Below are positions 26,642 through 37,595 of a stretch of DNA of 64,000 bases, one piece after another. This stretch comes from Anthoceros angustus (lineage: Eukaryota > Plantae > Anthocerotophyta): contig MU008202.1 of assembly GCA_010909165.1 (NCBI GenBank), positions 186,001 through 250,000 of the forward strand, in the 5' to 3' direction. Below the pieces are notes generated by a model. The model searched no databases. It was not told the origin of the DNA and worked only from the letters and a program-made list of their open reading frames with translations. The translations under genes and the position numbers were made by a program. How positions within the stretch are numbered: the first letter of the stretch is position 1; each line of letters begins with the position of its first letter.

Positions 26642-27742
26642 TCACGCTTGCACAATGGCTCCAGCTCTGTACCAGCAAGAACCGAGGAAAAGGCTGTGGA
26701 TCATCACATCTGCGTGCTCACCAGCCGCGGGGCGGGCAGGCCCGGCCATTTCCCCTGTCAGCACGAAGATCTCGTTCTTGTGCCCGAAGGCCCGAGGAGC
26801 GTGAATGTTGAAGGCGTCCTTGGCGGGGGTGCCGGGGGCGGCCACATTGTGCCACTTCCCGGACTCGGAGCTGAATCGCTGGAAGGAGTCTCTGAGCGTG
26901 AGATTGAAGATGCCAGAGTCGGTGGCCACCAGCTCCCCGTCCAGCAACCCGGAGCTGCTCATCTGGAAGTCCCGGTGCCAGGCGTCCGCGGCGGGATCAT
27001 ACACCAGCACCACGGACTGCTGCGACTCCATGAGGAAGCCCTTGACGAGGAGCTTGCCTTGGAAAACGAGGTCACAGTCGATGGTGTCCAGCGGCACCGG
27101 CATGTCGCAAACCTTCCTCCACTCGTCTCTCCGCACGTCGTACACCTCAGTGCAGACCTCCACCTTCCCGCAAGCGCTGTACCCCCCGGCGACGTAGAGG
27201 CAGCCGTCGATCACTCCGCAGGCAAAATTGCTCCTGGGAGCGCGCATGGACGCGCCCTGGGACCATCTGTGCGTCACCGTGTCCAGCACATGGACGTGCT
27301 CCGTCTGCGGCCGGCTCCCGTAGAGGGACTTCCTCCCGCCGATGAGCAGCACGGAGCCGTCCACGGCCGCGAGCCTGTACCCGTCCAGCCCCGCCTCCTG
27401 CGACAGGCCGCAGGAAGGCGGCAAAGAGACCTTGCACAGCATCTGCCTGCTGCTCAGGTCATACATGCAGCAGGTGGCCTGGGGGGACGCAGCCACATCC
27501 GTGCACAGCACGAAGAGCCAGGCGTCCGAAAGCCCCAAGGCCTTCCGGTAGCGGTAGAAGTCGAGGCTGGTGAGCACCGAATTCCAAGTACTGGACACGG
27601 CGCGGAGGTTGCCGTGGTGCAGCCGGGGCACCCGCAGCAAGCACAGCAGAGCAACATGGTCCGGCAGCCCGGGAATCATCTCCGGCCTCTCCATCAGCCC
27701 TAGCACCTCTTCGCACACTTTACAGAAGCACACACAACACAT
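26642..27742 (-). CDS. F-box/kelch-repeat protein, intronless (alternative start 27694)
   Basis: MIPGLPDHVALLCLLRVP F-box; kelch motifs VLLIGG..WSQGASMRAPRSNFACGVIDGCLYVAGG..EVYDVRRDEW. Confidence 0.92.
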   Translation of the reverse strand: MCCVCFCKVCEEVLGLMERPEMIPGLPDHVALLCLLRVPRLHHGNLRAVSSTWNSVLTSLDFYRYRKALGLSDAWLFVLCTDVAASPQATCCMYDLSSRQMLCKVSLPPSCGLSQEAGLDGYRLAAVDGSVLLIGGRKSLYGSRPQTEHVHVLDTVTHRWSQGASMRAPRSNFACGVIDGCLYVAGGYSACGKVEVCTEVYDVRRDEWRKVCDMPVPLDTIDCDLVFQGKLLVKGFLMESQQSVVLVYDPAADAWHRDFQMSSSGLLDGELVATDSGIFNLTLRDSFQRFSSESGKWHNVAAPGTPAKDAFNIHAPRAFGHKNEIFVLTGEMAGPARPAAGEHADVMIHSLFLGSCWYRAGAIVQA

Positions 27743-28171
27743 CCAACGCTGCGCAGCTCAAGCTCCAGATCTTCACCGATTCCTGCACCAGTGCTCCCAA
27801 TTCCAGCTCCAAATCCTCACCGATTCCTCCTGCTCCAGTGCTCCCAATTCCAGCTCCAGCGCTTAAATCCTCCAGCCGGGAGCGGGGATGGATGCACAAA
27901 GGGAGAGGCAAATCCGCATCCGTGCAAGTCGCAACGACACCGAGGCCATCGCATCATGTCCCCGGCACACCATAGCCGCAAAGCTCTTCTTCATAGAGGA
28001 GAAACCAAATCCGACATCGCAGATCAGACCCGCGGCACACGCAGGCGTGCACAAGTAGCGGGCTCTGGATCGGGCGCAACCGGCACAAGCGTATCGCCCG
28101 TGCAGCGCCAGATATTTTGATTCGATTCAATGCTATTCGATGCGACTTCCAGACGGTAAAAACCGGCCTGT

Positions 28172-28252
28172 CACGTGAGATATTTGGCTTGTGTCACGTG
28201 TCGGGTAGTGAGAAAGCCTGCACCTCCTACTGAAAGAAGCTCCGGACACGTG
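28172..28252. promoter_or_regulatory. Cluster of three G-boxes (CACGTG), ABRE-like, upstream of the kelch gene
   Basis: CACGTG at 28172, 28195 and 28247; two in ACGTGTC/GACACGTGG context. Confidence 0.45.
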
Positions 28253-29264
28253 GGCTTCAGAGAGGCGCCCCGTGACGGGCCCGCATTGTACAGCCCCTGC
28301 AGCATTGGTGCCGTGCTTTCAATAATATCTCAGGGTTGTTGGAAGTCGCCACAGATTCTATACACTCGGCGATCCTATCCTATTTCTCCTAATCGGCTGC
28401 TTCTAGAAAAACGTAACCCCTTGGCCCACCCTTGGGTTATGTATCACAGCGAGCACACGAGATCTTGTATTGTAAGTCTTCTAAAGGACGACTATGGTTT
28501 TATTGATTACGTTTCGTGTTGATGAACTTGCATAAGGGAGTTCAACTTGATAGTAAAATAATTATATGTATAGATATATATAATAATAAATAATATATAA
28601 TAATAATAATAATAATAATAAATAAGTTCATCCTAAATAAATAAATAAATAAAAATCATTAACTAAAGAAATATGTTCTAAATTTATTTACATCATATCT
28701 TTCACTTGGCTAAAACGTCCAGTTTTACTTTGCTATATCATTGAGCTCTCTTATTTAAAAAAATATTTGATATAATTTGATCATTATATCTTTGTACAGT
28801 AATAATTTCACAATAAATATACATAAGATTGACTTTATGTACTGACCTATGGTGTTGTCTTTGAGGTAGGGCGTCTAGGACTCTTTGCTTAGGGGGTATG
28901 AGACCACATCTTATGGAATTGAATAATTTTTATGAATTATATAAAAAGTAATCATGATATTAGAAACCTTTCATTTATACTATTTTTTTGTTTGACGCTA
29001 TCGTGATGAAGTATTCATATTTATATGTTCTTATTGGTCATTGTTGTCTCTATCTTCCAAGTTATGATCTGTTTCTACTATATGTCTTCCATCCTTGATT
29101 GCAAATCTTGTACGGGCAGGGCCACAAGGTTGTGAGATAACCTTTCCCCACGGCATTTTAACGTCTTACATCATTTGACTTTGTATATTTCTACTATTTT
29201 AATATCAGTCATTATTTTTCTTAAATATCAACTTGAAAAATGCTCTCTAACTTTTCGGGTTCAA

Positions 29265-29448
29265 GGTCACTATGTTCAAGGTGTTTTGCCGCCCACATAT
29301 TGTCGAAGATAATATTTTCGCGCCAACTCAATCAAGCTCCTCAACGTCTTACGACGAGGGGTCACTATGTTCAAGGTGTTTTGCCACCCACATATTGTCG
29401 AAGATAATATTTTCGTGCCAACTCAATCAAGCTCCTCAACGTCTTACG
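29265..29448. repeat. 95-bp direct tandem duplication
   Basis: GGTCACTATGTTCAAGG...CGTCTTACGA at 29265 and 29360. Confidence 0.93.
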
Positions 29449-29882
29449 ATCCCTCGTCGTATTCCACTGGGTCAAGGAGTACCATTTCGCCCGAAAGTAG
29501 CGCGTACCCTCTTCGTCAGCTAGGCGTAAGCGAATTTCCAACTCTGCTCAAAGCAAATTGTAAGCTCCCGATTCTCCGGTACAGACCAAGAACGATTGTG
29601 ATGGAGGGAAACTATGGTGACTAGCAATTAACGACAACAAATCCTAACCTAAAATTTTCTCACGATACAACCAAGCAAGCCTACGCAACTAGGCATTTAG
29701 TTGTGCGTCTATTAGGACCTTAAGTTGATCAGGACAATACACCAAATCTGATGTCTCCCTAGCAACCAAGGTGCGGTAGCCAGGTGCGGGCTGAGTTGAG
29801 GAAGTAATTCCCTCAAACGCTGTGCTGATATCTGATCAACAATTACTAGAAATCTCACAGCAGAATTGTGTAAGGATCTCCC

Positions 29883-30047
29883 TTGAACACACATTTATAA
29901 GAACGTAGTGATTTAAGTATCTTGAGCTTAGATCGGTACTTAGATGAGGTGACTAAAGGGAGTGGATGCCCTTGGTGCAAGTAGCTTAGGTACACCATGA
30001 CGGAAATCTATCCTTAGTGGACTTAAATAAAATTCTTCTTCTTCTTC
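29883..30047 (+). mobile_element. Retroposon 3'-end insertion with (TTC)n tail
   Basis: Absent from the paralogous site near 33113; ends TTAGTGGACTTAAATAAAA(TTC)5; a related end occurs inverted at 60019-60075. Confidence 0.55.
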
Positions 30048-30190
30048 TGTCAGCCAACATTGGGAACAAGATTTTGTTACCAGATTGCACCAGAAGTCTC
30101 GTTCTTATTCTATTCTCGATCCGCAATACCAAATGAAATGCACCAGAATCCTGTCCTCATCGTGCTTCTCGATTCATTTGGTAGGGTTTT

Positions 30191-30345
30191 GAAGATGAAT
30201 GGACATTTGAAGAGACTAACTGAAGATGAATGGACATTTGAAGAGACTAACTGAAGATGAATGGACATTTGAAGAGACTAACTGAAGACGAATGGACATT
30301 TGAAGAGACTAACTGAAGATGAATGGACATTTGAAGAGACTAACT
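30191..30345. repeat. 31-bp minisatellite x5 (GAAGATGAATGGACATTTGAAGAGACTAACT)
   Basis: Near-perfect units at 30191, 30222, 30253, 30284 and 30315. Confidence 0.97.
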
Positions 30346-30360
30346 AACCGTTTCTAAGCT

Positions 30361-30473
30361 TTTTAATAAGAAACTTTATTATGAAAAAGAGATGGAAACC
30401 ATCTACCCATGACAAGACCAAAATCCCTTATGAGGGGACCAGACCAGGGGGACTAACCCCCGTTGTCGCCCCG
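30361..30473 (-). mobile_element. 113-bp retroposed insertion with 13-bp target-site duplication
   Basis: CCGTTTCTAAGCT at 30348-30360 and 30474-30486; single-copy empty site in the paralog near 33238; AATAAA and A-rich end on the minus strand. Confidence 0.7.
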
Positions 30474-31399
30474 CCGTTTCTAAGCTACCAATTGCAAGTT
30501 TCAAAGTTTCCAACGCTTAGCACCTACACCAGATGGCACTCCTGTTTTTAGAATACCAGATGACACACCAGATATCAGTCCTGCTAGATGCAACGCTAAT
30601 TAGAGGGGGAAATCACCAGAGGGACCAACAGCCTACTGGCCAACACAGTCACAGCTGCAAGCTTGGAAGAACAAGGGCAAACATTCAGGGCCTACCAGAA
30701 CCCCGCCTTAAGTTTAATGCAATCCAGCACGGGGTCAATTCTAACTCGTCTAGAAGCGCAGGTTGGATACCTGAGAGTCAAGGAGGCCCATCAGACGGAT
30801 GCATAATACAATGTGACCTCGGACTTGGTCAAACAAACTATCACGACAACCAAGTACAAAAATGTCAGAGTGCCGAAAAATGGCATGACAAGTGAAGGCA
30901 ATAGTGTCAACATCCCTTGGAAATATCTCCACTTTGTTTCCGGCAAAATGCTAGAGCACCTATGCTTGGATCCTTAGCAACTTGTAATGCCTTTGTAAAC
31001 CATATATGATCGCAATCTATCAGCAAGCTTGAACTGTTTGAATATTCCCTTCCTCGGGCAACACATCCCAGAGAGAATTTAAAACCGGAAACCTAGGTAT
31101 CTTGAATGCTGCTGAGTAGGGGCCACTGATGGATGCACCTGAGCTCTTGTTTTAGTATGGCAACATGCCTCAGCAGTCAGCACACTGGCTTGTTTGGAGA
31201 GTGTTTATTGTGGCTTGTGGTTTGAATAGCAGTTTTGCATGGACCTTGTGACGGTTATGCGTCGCAGATGATGCCCCGCCACTAGCTGTAATCCCGAAAG
31301 TGAGAAACCACACGGCTCTGAGTCGCTCTTTGAGAAACACATGGCTGATTGTCCAGGTTTCCGCTGGGCAGAAACGTATCCGGCCAGAACAAGTAGTTA

Positions 31400-32060
31400 C
31401 TTCCTGGAACCGTAGGCGGCACCAATCAACGTACGAATGGCCCTCCTGTCGTACAGAGCGCTGGACCTTCCTGACCCAGTCCTTGCTGGGCATATGCAAC
31501 ATCAGCTTCTAAATCCTTGTGCTGAAATCCCGCCGCAAGTTCTAAGTTCTGGATCATGCTTAGATGCAGCCGTCTGCGTTTCTCATGCTTAGGTGTTTGC
31601 TAAGCAGGTCCAAGTGCAGAGAACCGCAAGAGCTAGATAGAAGAACTGTGTAACAGTGAAGACACTGGACAGCTCCCAGTGCAACAGTATTTAAACTTGG
31701 CAGTGAATCGTTGAACTTCCTTGCCCTCCGGTACATGATAAGACTACAGATGACGAGCTTCATCACTCTGGCTAAACGTTTGCATGCGATAGACATGGTC
31801 CAGTGAAACTCTCAGAGATCAACGACCGTTGGGTACCACATACTTTTCCTACACCAAAGCTGACAACTGCCACCTTAACCGTAACAAGGACTGTCTCCAC
31901 ATGTGCCAGGCAATGGAGGACGTACATGATGCGCAACAGCTGGTAAAGCAGACAGAATTCTCATATAAAACTTCTACGATTAGGCCCACCCACAAAGGAC
32001 TCCAAGGCATCACTGCATGAGTACACAAACCAACGCCCTCCAACTCTTTCTCTTGTGGAG
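31400..32060 (-). pseudogene. Heavily decayed PLS-PPR relic
   Basis: AYAQQGLGQE, SLIMY..ARKFNDSLPSLNTVA and ENSVCFTS..ASCTSSIA.HM.RQ are scattered across frames. Confidence 0.5.
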
Positions 32061-32191
32061 AACACACTCTTGTAAATCACTGGAAAATCCACACAAATCT
32101 ACTCGCATCTACACCTACTGGTGGAATATCATCATAAATCCGCCTATTGAAACGCCGGAGTATCAGTTGTCAACCACAGCGGCAAGTCCAT

Positions 32192-32773
32192 CTACGTTTG
32201 TGAATCTGGAGCATCAGATGAATCTGGATCGTCATGTGGATCTTGGGAATCAGGTGAAAGTGGATTATCATATGGATCTGGAACATCAGGGAACTGGCGG
32301 AATGTGCATGTATAGATTATTTCTCCCAGCTGCTCCAGCGCTCGTTTCTCCCGCTCTGTCCAGGGTTCAGATTCCTCCTTGAGCAGTCGCGCATTCAGTA
32401 AAATGTAAAGATCATCCGCCGACTCATTGTCGTAGGTATATTTTCGCCCCAACTTAAGCACCGTCCTCAGGGCCTCATGATCCCTTGTCCTGGTATTCCC
32501 TTGGGTCAGGTAGTACCACTTCTCCCAGTGTCTGTCTCGATCGTCGTCGTCTATTTCAAACGGCCTACCCATACGGATGATCCAATGTCCCCTTTGGGCT
32601 ATCCTTGTTGTCGTGTGTCCCGCTTGAACTGCCTTCTTGTGCCGATAGGAGCACGCTTTGTGAAACGTTCGCTTAAACTTAGGTTTCCCCTCGTTGCCAA
32701 CCACTCCCTCGGCAGCACTTGTCTCGGGCTCTGTGAAGAAAACTCTGGGCTCTTCTAGGCGAAAGAAGGGCAT
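32192..32773 (-). CDS. Orphan protein of unknown function (~193 aa from ATG 32773), acidic D/P-rich tail
   Basis: Uninterrupted non-repetitive ORF; the decayed paralog at 29.4 kb retains peptide-level similarity with conservative substitutions. Confidence 0.5.
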   Translation of the reverse strand: MPFFRLEEPRVFFTEPETSAAEGVVGNEGKPKFKRTFHKACSYRHKKAVQAGHTTTRIAQRGHWIIRMGRPFEIDDDDRDRHWEKWYYLTQGNTRTRDHEALRTVLKLGRKYTYDNESADDLYILLNARLLKEESEPWTEREKRALEQLGEIIYTCTFRQFPDVPDPYDNPLSPDSQDPHDDPDSSDAPDSQT

Positions 32774-33473
32774 GCCACCTTCCTCAGCCAGGCCCAAGCG
32801 TACTTCCAACTCCGCTCAAACCAAATAGTAAGCTCCCAATTCTCTGGTACAGACCAAGAACGACTGTGATGCAGGAAAACTATTGCACGATACAACCAAG
32901 CAAGCCTTAGCAACTTTCTAAGGTACCTAGCTAGTTGTGCAATGGGCATCTATTAGGACATTAAGTTGATCAGGACGATGAACCAAACCGGATGCCTCCT
33001 CTGGCGAACAGGCCGAGGTGCGGTACACAGGTGCGGGCAAGTTGAGGAAGTTTTTCCCTCAGAAGCTGATCAACAAACTGCAAACCTCACAGCGGGATTG
33101 TGGAAGGATCTCCCCCTGTCGGCCAACAGTCACACTGGCAACAGAGCTTCGTTACCGAATTGCAACAGAAATCCCGTTCTCATCAGTTCTTTGATTTTAA
33201 AGTGTTCTGAAGATGAGCGGACATTTGAACAGACCAGCCGTTTCTGAGCCACTTTCAAGTTTCTCATGCTAGACGAGCTATCAACTGCAGGGGAGCTGAT
33301 TACCTGACTTTTTGGGGCCAATTGACAAAACGAATATATCTGTCACAATATGTGGGTATCCGAGAAGCCAAATGATACCGCCCATATTTTTTGCGGCAAC
33401 ATTCATATGTGCTGCACGGAATTATGACATTCTAAAACCTATATGTTTTGTCCTCTACCTAGCTCGGAATTTT

Positions 33474-34919
33474 CTACAACTTTGACCGACCAGCCTCCAG
33501 CTCTCTTCTTCGCTCTGCATTCTTGGCTGCTTTGAACAGCGTGGAGTGCACCTCCTCAAAATGAGGAGCCATGGCCGTCTGCACTGCTGACATCCATCTC
33601 TGTATCTTTTGATGATGGCCAAATAAGTCGGATCGCATCGCTGAGTCCAGCAACTGGCACACACGAACCTCACACAGCCAGGTCAGAAGTGTCACAAATC
33701 CACACAACCAACTCACTTGACGAAGCAATTGTTTCGAGCCTCACATCAAGTTGCTTCAGTTCACAGGCTAGACTTAAATCAGCGATTGAGGGCTGTGAGC
33801 TGCCAGCCAAAAAGCGTGTCTCTCCTTTCAGCCATACTGTTTCCATCTTCAGGAGTGAGGCTCTCAGCGTCCCCTCAGCATCCTTCAATACTGCTTCATT
33901 ACTGGGCCGCCCCAACAAGGGATTTATTACAAGGTGCAACACAACGGTAGCTGCACTCCAGGAATGCCGTTCAGCAATCAGAGGCATGAGAGGGGAAACC
34001 ACCAGAAGGTCCCACACCTACTGGAAAAGTCACTGCTGCAAGCTTGGAAGAACAAGTGCAAACATTCAGGACCTACCAGAACCCCGCCTTAAGTTTGAGT
34101 GGTGCCAATCCAGCACGGAATCAATTCTTGCTCGTCTAGAAGCGTCGGTTGGATACCTGAGAATCATGAGGGCCCATCAGACGGATGCACAATACAATCT
34201 GACCTTGGACTTGGGTCAAACAAGCGCGACAGCCAAGTACCTCACCAGTGATCTTGAACTCCTGGGCGCGTACAGGCCAGGTAGCGAAGAATGGCATGAC
34301 TGCGACAGCAAGTGAAGACAATAATGTTATCATCCCTTGCGAAAAGGAGATTCTTGAGAGCAATTCTGCAGGAGTCACAGATTCCTCTTCAACGTGAGAC
34401 AGACCAAGCAGCGAAAGTTCCTGACTAACAGATACCTTTCAAAGAGCTTGTATCCAGCATCATCAATAGCAGGCACTTGGGCCATGGGATTAATGACTGC
34501 AAATCAGAACGGAGATAAGGTGACAGCCCGGCACACGGAGTCATAACTCTTCAGCGTAGGGATGCTGGGAATCACACGCACCTTTGAACTCCTCTCTTCT
34601 GTTTTCTCCGTTCAATATGTTGAGCAAATGAATTTGGGCATCAATGTTGTTCATCCTGTGCCACCCAAACGAAGAAATGACAACGGAAGCAATGACCAAA
34701 TGCAACTACAATTCCAGACCGTGCCCAACTAAGAGAACTTGCCGCAGAACCCAGGCATCTGCAATTGTTGCCCTCGTCTCGCCAGTAAACGAACCAGCCC
34801 AGAACGAGGGCAAATCATGTAAGACAGACAGCGTGAGGTTGAGCATACCTGCAGAAGATGAGGACCGCCCGCGAGGGCTGCGACATCCTGTCCACGTAGA
34901 GATGAAGCTTGCCGTCCAT
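33474..34919 (-). CDS. GSTT: Glutathione S-transferase, theta class, multi-exon
   Basis: MDGKLHLYVDRMSQPSRAVLIFC (catalytic Ser), INPMAQVPAIDD..KLFE, RARIDSVLDWHHSNLRRG, FLAGSSQPSIADLSLACE. Confidence 0.95.
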
Positions 34920-35082
34920 GACCGCAAATCGGAGGCGCCCACCGACAATGAGCTGCTTTTGCAACGTGAACCCTTGGAACTGCTGTACCCAGCAAGGGAG
35001 GGGAAGAAAATCAGGTCCAGTCAAACCCGAAAAAACGTCTCCGCACCCTCGCAAATTTTGTAGCCAGCCTCAGGCAAGCTCA

Positions 35083-36459
35083 TCAGAAATTGTCATCGCT
35101 GCTGTTATCCTGCAAATCTTTATGATCGCCGCCATCGATCTCTAGCATGTCGGAGTCATCTGCCTCCAGCGCTGGCGAAGGTGTCTCCCTCTCCGAGTTG
35201 TTGAGGGATGCTTGGATAGACATGATACCTCTTGCCAAGCGCTCCTCGCTCTTTTCCAGCCGCGAGGAGAGCACCGACGCAATTGCGTCTGCTCGGGGTT
35301 CACCTCTGTCGTGGCTGGAAGTCTTCCTGGATCCTCCAAGGCTGCCGCCCTTTGACGAGACGTCGATCTTGAACGTGGCTCTGGAGGATCCCGATCCGGT
35401 TCCCTTCAGGGAGGAAGCGCCGCCGCGGAACCAGTTCCGGAAGGTGCTTCCCTCCGCCTCTGCCCCTGCCTCTGCCCCTGTCTCTGCTTCTGCCTCAGAC
35501 TCATCCTCAGAGCTCCCAGCTTTGAGCATGGCTTCTTCAGGCACCTCCTCTCCTCTGAGGATGCTCACCTCTTCATTCTGCATGCGGCGTTGAAGGCGTC
35601 GCATCTTCCGCTGTGCTTCCTCCGCCTTCTCCTGCTCCTTGCGGCTGTGGCTTTCCATCTGCGCTTCCAGCCATTGCAGATTCCGGTGCTTCTCCAAATA
35701 CACAGCGAAGAGCCCTTTCAGCTGCCTCTCCAGAACCTCGTACTCATCCATGTACGATGGTCTCACGTTCTCCAGTGTGCTCAGCCGTTTCTCGCTCCTC
35801 TCCAGCTCCAATTTGCGCTTCTCGTACTGCGCCTGCAGGGTTTTCTCGTCATTTTCAAGACCCACCAGTTCCTCCTCAACGGCGGCGATGTTTTCCTTGA
35901 GTGCGTTGGTGGCATCCACAACGCTCTTTTCTATCTCATCCATGTCGGTGTTGAGATTTGCGGCCACCCATCTGGCCTCATACAGTTCTGGCTCGTCTGC
36001 CAGGCAATCATAGAGCGCAGCCCCGCACTTGGTGATCTCGTTCACCAAAGCTCTGGTGGCCTTGGTTTCAGAGGCTTTCCTGGTGGGGAATTGCTCGGTG
36101 TGTACCGGCTCATTCTCTTGCTGGCTTGCAATGGTCATTGCCTCGGCTAACACGGAAGCAATTTTGAGGAGCTCCTTCACAGCAACCCCATCTGCAGAGT
36201 ACAACCTCCTGGGGTTCAACTTGATTCTGCCCTTTGAAAGCATCAACTGGGTTGCACTCTTCAAGAAAGCCACCCTCTTCTGCTCAGTGGAGATGTCTGT
36301 TTCTAGCTCGGCTGTACTATCATATCTTGACACCAACCAATGCAGACAGTCAGCCACCAATTCGAAGTTTGGAGATCTGAAGCTGTCCATAGAAATTGGT
36401 CTTGGATACCCAAGAGTCCTCATCGTCACCACGAACTTACGCATGTCAGAGTAAGACAT
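35083..36459 (-). CDS. CLUAP1: Clusterin-associated protein 1 / IFT38 (IFT-B subunit), intronless
   Basis: MSYSDMRKF..MRTLGYPRPISMDSFRSPNFELVADCLHWLV..IKLNPRRLYSADGVAVKELLK..LENVRPSYMDEYE; coiled coil; acidic tail ending DDNF. Confidence 0.95.
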   Translation of the reverse strand: MSYSDMRKFVVTMRTLGYPRPISMDSFRSPNFELVADCLHWLVSRYDSTAELETDISTEQKRVAFLKSATQLMLSKGRIKLNPRRLYSADGVAVKELLKIASVLAEAMTIASQQENEPVHTEQFPTRKASETKATRALVNEITKCGAALYDCLADEPELYEARWVAANLNTDMDEIEKSVVDATNALKENIAAVEEELVGLENDEKTLQAQYEKRKLELERSEKRLSTLENVRPSYMDEYEVLERQLKGLFAVYLEKHRNLQWLEAQMESHSRKEQEKAEEAQRKMRRLQRRMQNEEVSILRGEEVPEEAMLKAGSSEDESEAEAETGAEAGAEAEGSTFRNWFRGGASSLKGTGSGSSRATFKIDVSSKGGSLGGSRKTSSHDRGEPRADAIASVLSSRLEKSEERLARGIMSIQASLNNSERETPSPALEADDSDMLEIDGGDHKDLQDNSSDDNF

Positions 36460-37595
36460 CTTGGATTGAGCATATACCCTACGTCTTGCTTCCAGATGTT
36501 ACTAAACACTGCCGATGGAAAGTGTGGGAACAACTCCTGAACCACAAGGAATGGACACTCCAGACGACGGTTGTGTCCGACATCCGTGCAAGCTTATTAT
36601 CCCTAACTGCCTCATTTGCAGCGATGGAACAAGGCAGGAGAGGATGGAGGAGCAATGAGCCAAGCTGTTGCCTTCTGAATCTTCTCTCTCGTTTAGGTCA
36701 CATTTGCAGCGTCAAAAGTCATGTAACCGTCAAGTCTTTCGGCTCTGACAATGTACACAATCTGCAGTGAAATGTCTCACCCAGCACCGACTGATAAGTC
36801 CTCCAAGAGGATGCAAGATGGCTATCCTTTGCTCAAGGTGCCCTTTCATTCGAATGCCGTTTTTCCTCATAAGAGACGAATTTCGCTGCTGGGACTGTCT
36901 CCAAGAAGGGGCTTTAAAAGAACTCGCTCGAACTGATGTTCAGATGCTAACCCAGAGTTTTTGTACGAGCAAACACATTTCTTCGCTCCTTATCTCGCCC
37001 TGAATTTGGTGGTCCTGCATGTTGTGACAGTCGTACATGCGCTTGTAGTTTCGATCCTTCAGAAGTTGGGAAGACTCGGGTTTGCAGGTGACCATTTGGC
37101 GAGCTTCCGCACATGTAGGCAGAGCACCGACTGTGGTAGGCGGCATCAGGATGTCGTCGAGCTGGCCAATCCTGTTCTTGGAAAGGGACTCCAGGGTTAC
37201 CAAGATAATCAGTTATGCAAACTGTGACGATGCGAGATGAAACTATTAGTACAGTAGCTGGTGAACATGTGAGATGAAACCATTAGAACAGCAGCTGGGA
37301 TCGCTTGAAACAGCCCGTCCGGTGCCGGCTGCCGGGCAAGGTCTTCACAGGATGGATGGACCTATCGAAGACCAAGCTCCAGGGAAGACGTGCTCTGCCA
37401 TTTCTGGGACAGCAGACTTGACGAGCAGTGCGCCCACCCACTTCTTCGTCTAGGTCCATCCATCCTGTGATCCAGAACTTGCCCAGTAACCGGTACCGGT
37501 TGAAGCGATGACTGTCTGGAGCGTGGTAATTAGATCCGGCCAAGAGCAGCACGATTCGCTGAGGCAGCTGTCTTTCTGGACCCAACAAATTGTTG

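Larger units (their letters stand above)
29265..30930 (-). pseudogene. Degenerate segmental copy of 32.4-34.3 kb (orphan-gene fragment plus GST-theta fragment)
   Basis: Colinear blocks: 29393-29490 vs 32426-32525, 29521-29880 vs 32790-33112, 30650-30925 vs 34035-34342; minus-strand peptide KWYSLTQWNTTRDRKTLRSLIELARKY vs KWYYLTQGNTRTRDHEALRTVLKLGRKY. Confidence 0.85.

Noticed and set aside
26603-27703. 366-aa plus-strand ORF; similarly 19912-20577 and 55785-56654
   Set aside because: Antisense shadows of the kelch and GATA coding sequences with no domain signal
36800-37560. Coding-looking minus-strand ORFs (87 and 122 aa) between CLUAP1 and the PPR gene
   Set aside because: No recognisable motif, no ATG-to-stop or splice model could be built; it may be a relic but is unsupported
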